A stretch of 64,000 nt of DNA from Caecitellus pseudoparvulus (Eukaryota; Protista; Bigyra: Bicosoecida). Location: contig CBFFRQ010000027.1 in the NCBI GenBank assembly GCA_965644315.1, positions 1 through 64,000 on the forward strand, given 5' to 3'. Position numbers and translations under genes: made by a program. This document shows positions 1 to 9,600 of this stretch, piece by piece. How positions within the stretch are numbered: the stretch's first letter is position 1; each line of letters starts with the position of its first letter. The notes below the pieces were generated by a model. The model was not told where the DNA came from, did not search any database, and saw only the letters and a program-made list of their open reading frames with translations.

Positions 1-235
1 CCATGCGCTTGGCACCCACATCATGTTGAGGCCGCGCCGCGGCTTGCTGGTGGCGCTTGCGTTCAAGGCGAGTAGTTCGAGCTTCTGAAGCCAGCCGCTC
101 CTGAACCTCACGAAGCCGTTGGACTTGTGCTTCTTTGTACGCCTTCATCCGCCTGCGACGACAATGGACCATATGGCCGCCAAGAGCTCGTTCGTCGTCG
201 AACTCCTTGTTGCAGAGCTTGCAGCGGGCGCTCAT
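1..235 (-). CDS. 5' end of a zinc-finger (C-x2-C-x12-H-x3-C) protein, possibly a transposase; runs off the left edge
   Basis: Manual translation from ATG at 235: MSARCKLCNKEFDDERALGGHMVHCRRRRMKAYKEAQVQRLREVQERL..., open to position 1. Not in the ORF track because it has no stop in the window. Confidence 0.7.
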   Translation of the reverse strand, partial: MSARCKLCNKEFDDERALGGHMVHCRRRRMKAYKEAQVQRLREVQERLASEARTTRLERKRHQQAAARPQHDVGAKRM

Positions 236-526
236 TCTGAGTCTTCTGTAGCGTGAGGGCACCGGCGGAGTTCCGTTGCTTGCGTTGGCGCCCCTACCGT
301 ACGTACGCAACGCGCACAGCGAGGCGAGAACGCAACACAATGCCAGGCAGCCGTAGCATCTTCATGTTGGTCGTTGGTGTGTGTTGGGCTGTGGGCATTG
401 AAGGCGCCTTGCAACCTCGTCCAGTGCATTTCCAGTCTGTCTCGACATTCCACCGTTGCATGTACTTTCAGACCCACCAAGTCCTCAGATACGCTTTTTG
501 TTGCACACCCACCCCAACCATTCACC

Positions 527-2569
527 ATGTCACTTCACTTTGATGAAATGGGCTCTGACAGCGAGGATGCAGGGGACACAACGGCAAGTGTCGTGGCTTC
601 GTTAAGTATCGCCACACCCCTCGAGGCTGCACACCTCTTCAACCGCAGCACGGCTGCCAAAGCTGTGATGGCCGGGAAACGTCGACGGGATGTTGTGCTT
701 TGGGCATCTCACCCTGGCAACTGCACTGGGTCCGTCGTTGGGGTGCCTGACGTTCTGGAGGGTAATGGTACGTACTGGTTCGCGCCACAGGATCGACGCC
801 CGTGCAGCGCCTCCCCACCCCACCCTAGCATCATGTGCAGGTGATGCCAACGCACTCACATGCCTTGATGACAGGGAGCTATTCGGCACAGCTAGGGGCG
901 GTTCTAGTGCTGCCATTGCGGCTCGTACGTACCTGCTCTGCAGTCACGGTAGCCACAGCGTTCTAACGGCCACTGCTAAGCTTCGTTGGACCGGACCAAT
1001 CCCGCTCCCCTTCCCCAGAAGCCTTCGCCGCAAATACAATGGCGAGCTGCAGACCGATCAAGGCACCAAGGCCGCTTGACCTTGCTGAGAAGCTTGAATC
1101 GGCGAAGGAGCTGCTTGAGTCTATTGGCACGCCCAGCGAGAAACGTCTCATCGAGTTGTTGAACGAGGTTTTCGTTTGGAGCGCAAACACCATGTCCCTT
1201 GTCCAACTCTCACTTGGCCTGGGGCAATTCAGAACTTCACAGGTAGTGGGTATGGTTGGTCCACTAACGCAGAAGCAGGAAGCAAAGAACTCCAAGAAAC
1301 GTGGAGCTCGTGGGGGAGACCAGCTGGGTGAACTCTTAGAGCCCGTGGGGGGCGCAGACTCAATCCCATGGCCCCGAAAGTTCAGGGCAGAAGCCCGCCG
1401 CATCGTGGTCGACCTCATCCTCGAGAACCCTTCGTTCATCTTGGCAGACCCCGAGAACCTGGTAGACACACTACGAGCAGCCATCGAGGCAGTTGAGGCC
1501 GAGCAGAACGTTGCCCGAGAGGTGGCTGGAGCCACAGAGGAAGGGGGAGATGGGGTGCCGGTTGGAGCACAAGCCACGAGCCGGGCTCTAGACGACCCTA
1601 GGTTCTCAGCACCGTGGAAGTTCAAATGCCTCGAAAACGTGATAGCAGCAGCGAGGAAGGTTTCGATACAGAAGGAGCTTACCGAGCGGGGTGGCGTGCT
1701 TTGCGCGCTGAAGGACATGGCGAAGAGCAGCAAGAGTGCGAGTTACGCCGGGCTGAAGGCCGCCATGAGCAATGTCAGGAGCAAGTGCCGCGCCAAAATC
1801 ACGAGGTGAGTGCCCAGAGGACTCCTTCCGAGTCCGTGGAGCGCAGCATAGCAGACTTCTGAGCATTGCGCAGTTCGGAATGCCTAGGAAAGTTCGAACC
1901 GTGGCACGAGATGCAGAGGAAGTACGAGCCAGTCCATGAGAAGTGCACCGGAGGTGCAAGCATTCAGCTTGACCACGACCCAGCCTTCTTCGAGGTGTCT
2001 TCCGAGGACCCTGAGTACCGCCACAGTTGGGTGCCCAAGGTAAGTATGTGTGTGAGTCTAGACCCGCACAGGTGATGCTGGGCCCGAATGCTCCTTTCTC
2101 ATGCATTCTCTTTGTGCCACAGGCTGAGAGGGGCAAAAAAAGGGCTGATCGATCAAGGCACCGCCTGTGCTTGCAGGAAGTCAACGTTGCCCGTGAGGCC
2201 ATCGTCAATCATACCACCATCAAGGCTGTTTTCAAACGCCGGGGATCCGAGGACTCCAGTAGCGGCCCCCGTTTCGACCCCAGCTTCAGGCGTTTGGAAG
2301 CGGCGCTCAGTGGCCCAGAAGATGTGGCAAAAGGGGCCAGGATTGTCTTACGATGGATGGAGGCTGCGTACAACGTTGCTGTCGACTGCTTGAACGTGAA
2401 GAACAAGCAGTGGGTGACTGATTGTGGGGACCTGAGCAGCCTGACCGTTGACGACAAGGTGCGTGCGTGCTGTATGTTGGCCATGCTGTGGACGTCGTTA
2501 CGCATGAAGCACCACGTACAGACGGAGATGGCCGTGCTTACGCACAAAATTGTGTCCAGGATAACCTGA
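527..2569 (+). CDS. Hypothetical protein, ~574 aa, 5 exons (527-767, 841-924, 1019-1805, 1874-2039, 2123-2569)
   Basis: Four GT-AG introns (donors gtacgt, gtacgt, gtgagt, gtaagt) join track ORFs 374, 690, 1039, 1866 and 2027 with consistent phases. No recognisable domain. Confidence 0.65.
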
Positions 2570-2684
2570 CATGCCCTCCCTCGACCTGGCGCCGAGCCAT
2601 CCGTGCTGAAGCTACTTCATTGTTCTTCAGGTTGTCAAGGTGTGTTTCAATGCAATCGATTCACGGCAGACCGAACTTGTTGCG

Positions 2685-2900
2685 CTAGCGAAGAATGTAC
2701 TACTAGGAAAAATGTCCAGCTGGGCGGTGCGCTAGTAGTGCGCTGGGCGGCCCTCCGTACTAGTAGCGCCTCGCCCAGCGAAATTTACTAGTACCGAGCA
2801 CAACCACCCCCGCTCACTAGTGTGCCTCTGGGCATGCATTCTCACTAGCATTGCAGTCGCCCCACTCACTTCACTAGCGCAAAATTGAGCTCTAGAAAAA
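2685..2900. repeat. Phased array of nine CTAG palindromes with variable spacers
   Basis: CTAG starts at 2685, 2703, 2732, 2760, 2788, 2817, 2845, 2874 and 2892 (spacings 18, 29, 28, 28, 29, 28, 29, 18). CTAG is sparse elsewhere in the window. Confidence 0.9.
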
Positions 2901-3387
2901 AAACACTCTTCAAACTCTCCTTACAGAGCGCGCTCAGGTGACGGATGGCCGGGTGCTTCCGAGACTGCTGCAGCATCAGTGCGCCCTTCAGCAGCACGAA
3001 TCACAGGACTGCATTGAAAACGTACCCTGTGTAGCTCGTGGGCGCTGGGAGCCTCGCCATTCGACTGCAAGGCCGTGCAACCACGTGCTCTTGCCCGAAC
3101 ATCGCACAGCGACATTTGCAGGGCAGAGCCGCGCAGGAAGTCAGAGGCCCTAAATCCGAACGCGCCAACAACGTCAAGCATCCCCAGCTTTTGTCAGCTT
3201 GTCGTGTCCATACAAGGTCACTTGCACCGTTTCGTTGCTCGACAAGTGCGCCGGCACCAGGGCAGGAGTCCGCGGCGCCCCACACCATCGGCGCGCCTGC
3301 AAAGCAAGAGCACTTCAGCTGAACAGCAGTGCTAGGCACACCCTGCTCTAGCAGCACAAGCCCCCATCTGCCCCTGCAAGGCAACAC

Positions 3388-5657
3388 ATGCCACTGGGCG
3401 TCTCCATGGCCTTGGCGAGCAACCCGGAGCCGGTGGAGAGCAGTGAGTGATGGCTGGCAAGGCATTTCCCCTGCCTCGGCTTCCTGCATGCGCTGCCACG
3501 CTTTCGCGGGCAACGTCAGCGCCCGCGACAGCACCAGCCCCCCTGCACGCACATCTTCATGTGCTGTGCGCAGTCCCCAGCTCTCACCCTCCCACGCCGC
3601 GGCGGCAGGGCAAGGGGGGGGCGCCGAGCGGCAGCAGCAGCACGCCAAGGCAGCCTGCTGCTGCTAGCAAGCGTCAGGTGCAGTCAGGCAGCCAGGGCTC
3701 AGTGCGCGTTGGCGTGTGGCAGGGGAGCCTGTGTGCTGTCAAACAGTACAACGAGGGACAGGACCGGGCGTGGGCTGTGGAGGTGAACGCTGTGAGTGCT
3801 GCGCAGGCAGAGAGCTGGCTGGTCTGCCCCGGACGATGGCAACACCTTCCCCCGCCTTCCGCAGGCCACTGTCATCGCAAACCGCCACGCGCACATCATG
3901 GTGTTCTACCAGTGCTCCCAGGGGGCAGATGGGAAGCTGGTGCACTGTGAGTTGGCCCTCCTGGACGCCTTCGACTTCTACAAGTCCTCCCACATCAAAG
4001 GGTGAGTGCATGCGCTGGAGGGCGTTTCGCACGTTCGACGCACGGCAAGTGCCGTCCCACCCGCTCCACTTCGACAGGTTGCGGCAGTACTCCTTCATCC
4101 GCGAGTGGATGCTGCAAATCGCCCACGCCCTCTCCTTCCTGCACGAAGCGCGCGTGGCCCACAGAGATGGTGTGTTGCACTGAGCCAGCTTGTGTACATC
4201 AGTGGCGCATGCAACACCTGCATCACACTGCCCCGCCCTGCCCGCTGCCCCCCCTCGCAGTCAAGCCAGAGAACATCTTGATCGTCCCTAAGACAGCAGG
4301 CGCGGCCAGCCAGCGCCTGCCAGAAGGCGCACACGAACAGTACAGGGCACTGCAAGCCGAGCTGCGAGAAACGGCAGGCCAGCTTTCCGTTGCCCCCGAC
4401 ACCGCCAGCCAGCGCCTGCACGACTACATGGCCAAGCTGTGTGACTTTGGCTCTGCTTTTGTCGCCAGTGTTGAGTCCCGGGACCGCAAGGTGCCGCTGA
4501 AAGACCTGCCCGGGCGCACGCCACGCGGCTCGTCCAAGTACGCCTGCCCCATGGTGTGCTGGATGCACTTGGCCCGCGTGGAGGAGGCCACTGTGGCCGG
4601 CATATGGGAGGCGGGTGTGCCGGTGCCGCCACTGTTCAAGGACGGCTACAACCCCTTCGCTGCCGACGTGTGGAGTTACGGCGTGACGGTCTTCGTGCTG
4701 GCTTCGGGGCGGCACCCCTTCCGCATGGCCCACGTCAAGGACAAGGGTTTCCGGGCCTTCGTGCGCAGCACACAGCCTCACAGCATGCAGGACCAGGCTG
4801 TCCTGGCGCCGGGCGCGGCCATTTGGGAGGACTCCCCCAACTTGGCGTGGATGTGGCCGCCGGGCGTGTCCCAGGGCCTCGCGCACTTGCTGCTCAAATG
4901 CCTGACCGTCGACCTGGACCAGCGCTGGACCATGGCACAGGTGCAGCAGCACCCCTGGTTTGGCGACCCGCACTGGCTGCCCCCTGAGGGTGTGCCTGCC
5001 TACCCTCACACCGGCCCCGTCACCCCCTTCGGCAGCTTCGGCCCAGGCACCAACGGCGGCGAGACATCCACCGCCCCGCCCAGCACACACGAGGGCAGCC
5101 TGGCCACACTCAGCACTGCCCGCCCGATGAAAGGCTACGACGAAGCCTCCACCGGTGCGCGCAGCTACCTGCCTGGATATGCCGGCTCGCTGCCTTCCCT
5201 GGCAGGGGGCGCGACGCCGTTTGAGGACAGGACTCCGCAGAACCAGTGGGAGGAAGGGGAGGACCAGCTGCGCTCGGACACGCCCCCTGATCATGGGGAT
5301 GAGGTGGACTTGCCGCCCCTGACGATGCGGGATTCCGTCACGGCAGCTGCCGGGGCGGGGGGCGGGGCAGGAGTGCTGCGGCCCATGCAACGGGCAGTCC
5401 GCTCAAGGTCCAGCCCCGCCAAAGCCCGGTCCCCCCTTGCAGAGGGAGTCAAGGGCGCCTCTGGCAACCGCAGTCCCCTGGCCAGGGGGGGCGAGGGCGG
5501 GCTGGGCGGCAAGTACCGCGTCTCCGTGCAGCGTGGCAACAAGGACACGACGCACGTCGGCCCAGAGGCGTTGGCCCGCCTGGTTCGCAGCCAGGGAAAG
5601 GGCGGGATGGAGCAGCCTGGGATCGTGCACTCAGCGCCACAGTCCGCAAACGCGTGA
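3388..5657 (+). CDS. Ser/Thr protein kinase, 5 exons (3388-3442, 3574-3791, 3865-4001, 4078-4169, 4261-5657)
   Basis: Spliced product has SGSQGSV (Gly loop), CAVK, HRDVKPEN, KLCDFG, DVWSYGV and QHPWF, then a disordered tail. The first exon is the least certain. Confidence 0.92.
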
Positions 5658-5820
5658 AGCGTGCCAGCCTGCAAGGCTGCGGTTCCCATGTGGGCACCTG
5701 AGTGGAGGCTGACAAAATAATGAATTCTGTGTCACTCCAGCTTACCTGACTCCACGTTCCACCAGGCACGACCCAACCCGGCAAGTTCGCGCTCCCACCC
5801 CCTCTTGCCGCTGTTGCAGC

Positions 5821-6520
5821 ATGGCTGCTGCCAGCACCACTGAGCCTGAGCTGGCCGCTGACGTGGCCCAGCGAGTGCAGAAAGCCCACACAGAGTTCAG
5901 CGACGGGACGAAGTACACAGAGAACATCCCTTTCAACCTCGTCACCGTGTCGGTGGACCAGGCAGCCACAGCTTCCTCTGGCCGCGGTGTGCGTGTCCAC
6001 TCAGCTGCACTGCACTTGCACAAAGTCCCAGCCACGCGCAGCTCCGGGCACGCCACCGTGGGATTTTTCCGCAGGTGTACACCATCACACTGTCCAGTGT
6101 TGGGCCAGAATCGACTGTTGAGAGCCTGGAGCTGCGAAAGCACTACAGCGAGCTCACGCCGCTGTCCAAGAAGGTGCGCTTGCTGCTTCGCACAGCCAGC
6201 AACGCGATGGGTGCTCAGCGGGCCTCACACCCTGCGTCCGCAGGCTGCCGCTGTGCCCCAGCTGAAGGCATCTTTGCTACCCTCTGCTGGCATGTGGGAG
6301 AAGTCCTCAGATGCCAAGGTCATGGCAGCGCGCATGAACGCGCTGCAAACCTTCCTTCAGGTGAGGCGCAGCCGCCTCGCTCGCTTGCGCAGTTGTGTAG
6401 CACTGGTTGCCCGTGTGACCACAGGCAACCCTTGTGGCTGTGACGACTGTGCAAGGCACGACAGTGCCCCTGGACATCATCAAGACGCTGTGTGGAGACT
6501 CCTTCCCTGGCTCCGCGTGA
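5821..6520 (+). CDS. Small PX (phox homology) domain protein, 4 exons
   Basis: Spliced product VYTITL...LRKHYSEL...LLPSAGMW...AARMNALQTFLQ follows the PX pattern RRYSEF / LP / R..L..FL. Stop TGA at 6518-6520. Confidence 0.7.
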
Positions 6521-6613
6521 CGTGCGCCGGCTGCGTCCTCGCAAAATACACACCCGAAGCACGGCAGGGGGAACTTGCGGGTACCGAGCTTGTCATTGCC
6601 TGCACCTTGGCCA

Positions 6614-9600
6614 ATGGCGTCTTTCAGCCGAGTTCCGCGCGCCCACGCCGCTCTGGCGGCCATGCCGGGCGTGCGTGTCCTGCGGAAATTGGGCCCACGC
6701 CTGCTCCAGGGAACGGCACGCCACTGCGCGCTACCCAGCGTAATTGGAGAGGCAGGCCTCAAGCAATCCCATAGACACATGTCGTCCTCGTCTTTCCCGG
6801 GCATTGACGAGGACGACGGCGGCTTTGGCGAGTTACTGAAAGAGCTCAGCAGCGCCGAACCAACTTCCGCAAGGCACACTGCTCTGGACGGCGAAGCGGA
6901 GCTGCTGCACGCCGTGCCAGAGAATGCCGGCTTGGACCCCGCGGATGATGATGTGGGCGTGGCAGACGCGCAGTTCCTGCGCCGCTGGCGAGACATCTTT
7001 GCAGACAGAGAACGCACGGCCGTGAAGGCACGGCACAACCCATACGTGCCTTTCAGCGCTGGTGCCGACGCCTCCCCCGCAGCGCCCCCTGAAAAGCTCG
7101 TGCGCGGCATCGACAGCATTCTGGCCGGGCGCAACGTCGCCAACATCAAAGCCCACTGGCGGGACATGTCTGCTTCCCTGCAGCAACGCAACGCCGACCT
7201 GCTCAAGTCTGTGCAGGGTGCCAGCGGACGCCACGCAGGCGTGGCCAGTCGGCGCCAAGCCGCCAACATGCCCGGCCACGCCGTGCACGGGCCGGGGGAG
7301 AGTGCGCCTCTACTGTATGGGCCCCGTGAGACGCTGGCCTTCACACTGCACCGCACACTGCCGCTGTTCGGCGTTGCCGCCACGTTGTTCCGGGAGGTGG
7401 CCGAGTCACTGCCTTCGTGGACCCCACGTACCATGCTGGACGTGGGCAGCGGGACAGGGGCCGCCATCTGGGCTGCACGGGAGGTGTGGTCGGGGCCTGA
7501 CAAGGCGGGGGCTGAGGCACATGCCACCGTGGGCAGTGCGCTGGCCGCCGCAGCAGCTGGTGCAGATGCCGCCACCGCCCTGGGCAAGGGGGGTGTGCTG
7601 CAAGAAATCGTGGCCGTGGAGCCCAGCCGCAGCATGCAGCAGGTCTCGGAACACCTGCTGCATGATGTTCCGGGTGTGGTCTTCCGCCGCAGCCTCGCTG
7701 ATGTCGAGCGCACTGTCGCCGGCTCCACACGGGGCAGTCTTGGCGTGTACGACTTGGTCGTGGCACAGCACACGCTGAGCGAGCTCACTTCCGAGCGCGA
7801 GCGCGCAGACATGACGGCGAGGTTGTGGGAACTAGTTGCGCCTGGGGGCGTCCTGGTCATTGCCGACAAGGGCACCCGGTGGGGTTTCCACGTCGTCGGC
7901 TCGGCACGTGAAGGGCTGTTGACTCGCATGACCGTTAAGGAGCAGGTGCAACGCAGCCAGAAGGGACACACCCTGCCGCTGGACCCCACCTTGCCCGCTC
8001 TGCCCACTCCTTCCGAGGCTGCCAAGGCTCTGCTGGCTGAAGGGGGGTCAAGGGGGGTGTCGCTTCCGCTGGATGCGGGCACTGGGCCCACAGTGCATGA
8101 CGAGGGAGAGGTGGACTCGGCTGAGCTGCTTGCGGCGCTGCAGGGGGAGGGGGGTGTTGCGGAGCCGGTGGAGGGCTCCTCCGCGTATTACGCGCCAACG
8201 GCACACCTCGTCCCTGACACGGACGAACCTGGTCGACAGGTCCTCGCCATCAAAGACACTTCTGGGAACATTCCAAGTGACGCCGACTGGGGCACAGTGC
8301 CGGGCACACAGTCGCACGCCACTGGTGCGCCCCCTGCCGACGGCCCTGGTACGACTGGGCGTCGCAAGCGGCGGGCGGCACAGCGCACACCTGAAGCCGT
8401 CCGCCCAACACCCAGCGTGAGTGAATCACAGCAACCCACAGCGCAGGCACGCGGCTCAGTGTCCCTGACAGACACCCGTCCAGGCGCCAAGGCCCAGCAA
8501 GTGGACGTCACCGCGCAAGCCAACGCAGCTGCCGCAGCACGTGCAGGTCTGGCTCCCACTGCCTCCAGCGTGCTGCCGGGTGCGGACGCCGCCAGTGCAC
8601 CAGGTGCATTTGCAGCGGCACAAGCTGCCCAGGCGGAGCTGGTGGCGTCCCTGCAAGCAGCCGGACAGGTCGGGCTGCAGGGGGGCTCAGACCTGGCCAG
8701 CCGCTCTCAGGCGCTGGCAGCCCAGAGCGCAGGCGGGGAGGGGGTGTCACTGGCGGCACAGTGTGCGGCACGGCGCAGTGGGCCAGCGCCGACATCTCGC
8801 CGCAAGCAGGCGTCCCTAGCCAGCACTGTGGGGCGCCTGGCCAAGGTGGGCACTGCTCTGGATGACACGGGCGCCGCCGTCATCGGGCCATGTCCACACG
8901 CCCTTGCCTGCCCCGTCCGCGCAGCTGCCGCGTCCTCCAACACCAAGGCGGACTTCTGCACCATGGGCAGGGTGGTGAACACCCACAAGGCCTCCACTGC
9001 CAAGCAGCACCGCCGGACACTGCCCACTGCAGTCGAGCGGTATGCCTACATCACCCTGCGCAAGACAGATGACGCATCCCGGTGGCAGCACCCGCCCGCG
9101 ACACGGGCTGGACACACCCTCTTTGCCTCTGCGTTTGAGCACCAGGCTGAAAAGTGGCACCAAAACGCCGTCGCACTCCCCGCAGCGGCATCGGTGCTCG
9201 CACAAGAGGAGGCGACGGCAGTGAGCAGAGGGCGTGCCATGTGGCTGGCAACCTTCCGAGACCGTGCACTTGCTGTCGAGGCGCAGGATGCAGCTGCTGC
9301 CAGGACAGGCGAGGCAACGCGGGCGTTAGAACACGATGAGGACGGGCGTGCGTTGCTGCCGCCACTGCCAGACTCCTCAGACTCTTCCGACTCCTCAGAC
9401 TCCACCGATGCCGCCGGGAGTGGCTCCAGCAGCGAGTCCGATGACGAAGTGTCCCCCTTCTCAGCCGTCGACGCAACGAACCGCAGCGGCCTGTCGCAAG
9501 AGGTCGCACAAGCTGGCGCCCTCGCACAGCGAGCCGTGAGTGGCGGGGATGACCTTGACGTCGTGCAGCTGCTCCAAGACGTGCAGCACCCGTACGAGGA

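Larger units (their letters stand above)
1..2925. mobile_element. Probable end of a DNA transposon-like element, truncated by the window edge; family unresolved
   Basis: Visibly less GC-rich than the following genes. Contains two divergent orphan genes (one starting with a zinc finger) and a dense phased CTAG block at 2685-2895 resembling subterminal repeats. No transposase catalytic domain or second terminus is in the window, so the right boundary is approximate. Confidence 0.5.

Noticed and set aside
2685-2900. CRISPR array call for the CTAG repeat-spacer pattern
   Set aside because: The constant part is only 4-6 bp, there are no cas genes and the context is eukaryotic. Kept as an unexplained phased array instead.
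1-2925. Endogenous virophage or Polinton-like virus
   Set aside because: Not strongly AT-rich, the gene has spliceosomal introns, and no capsid, packaging ATPase or polymerase motifs are visible.
2921-3181. Short minus-strand ORFs as a host gene interrupted by the element
   Set aside because: A possible gtacgt intron exists, but there are no recognisable protein motifs; more likely kinase upstream region.
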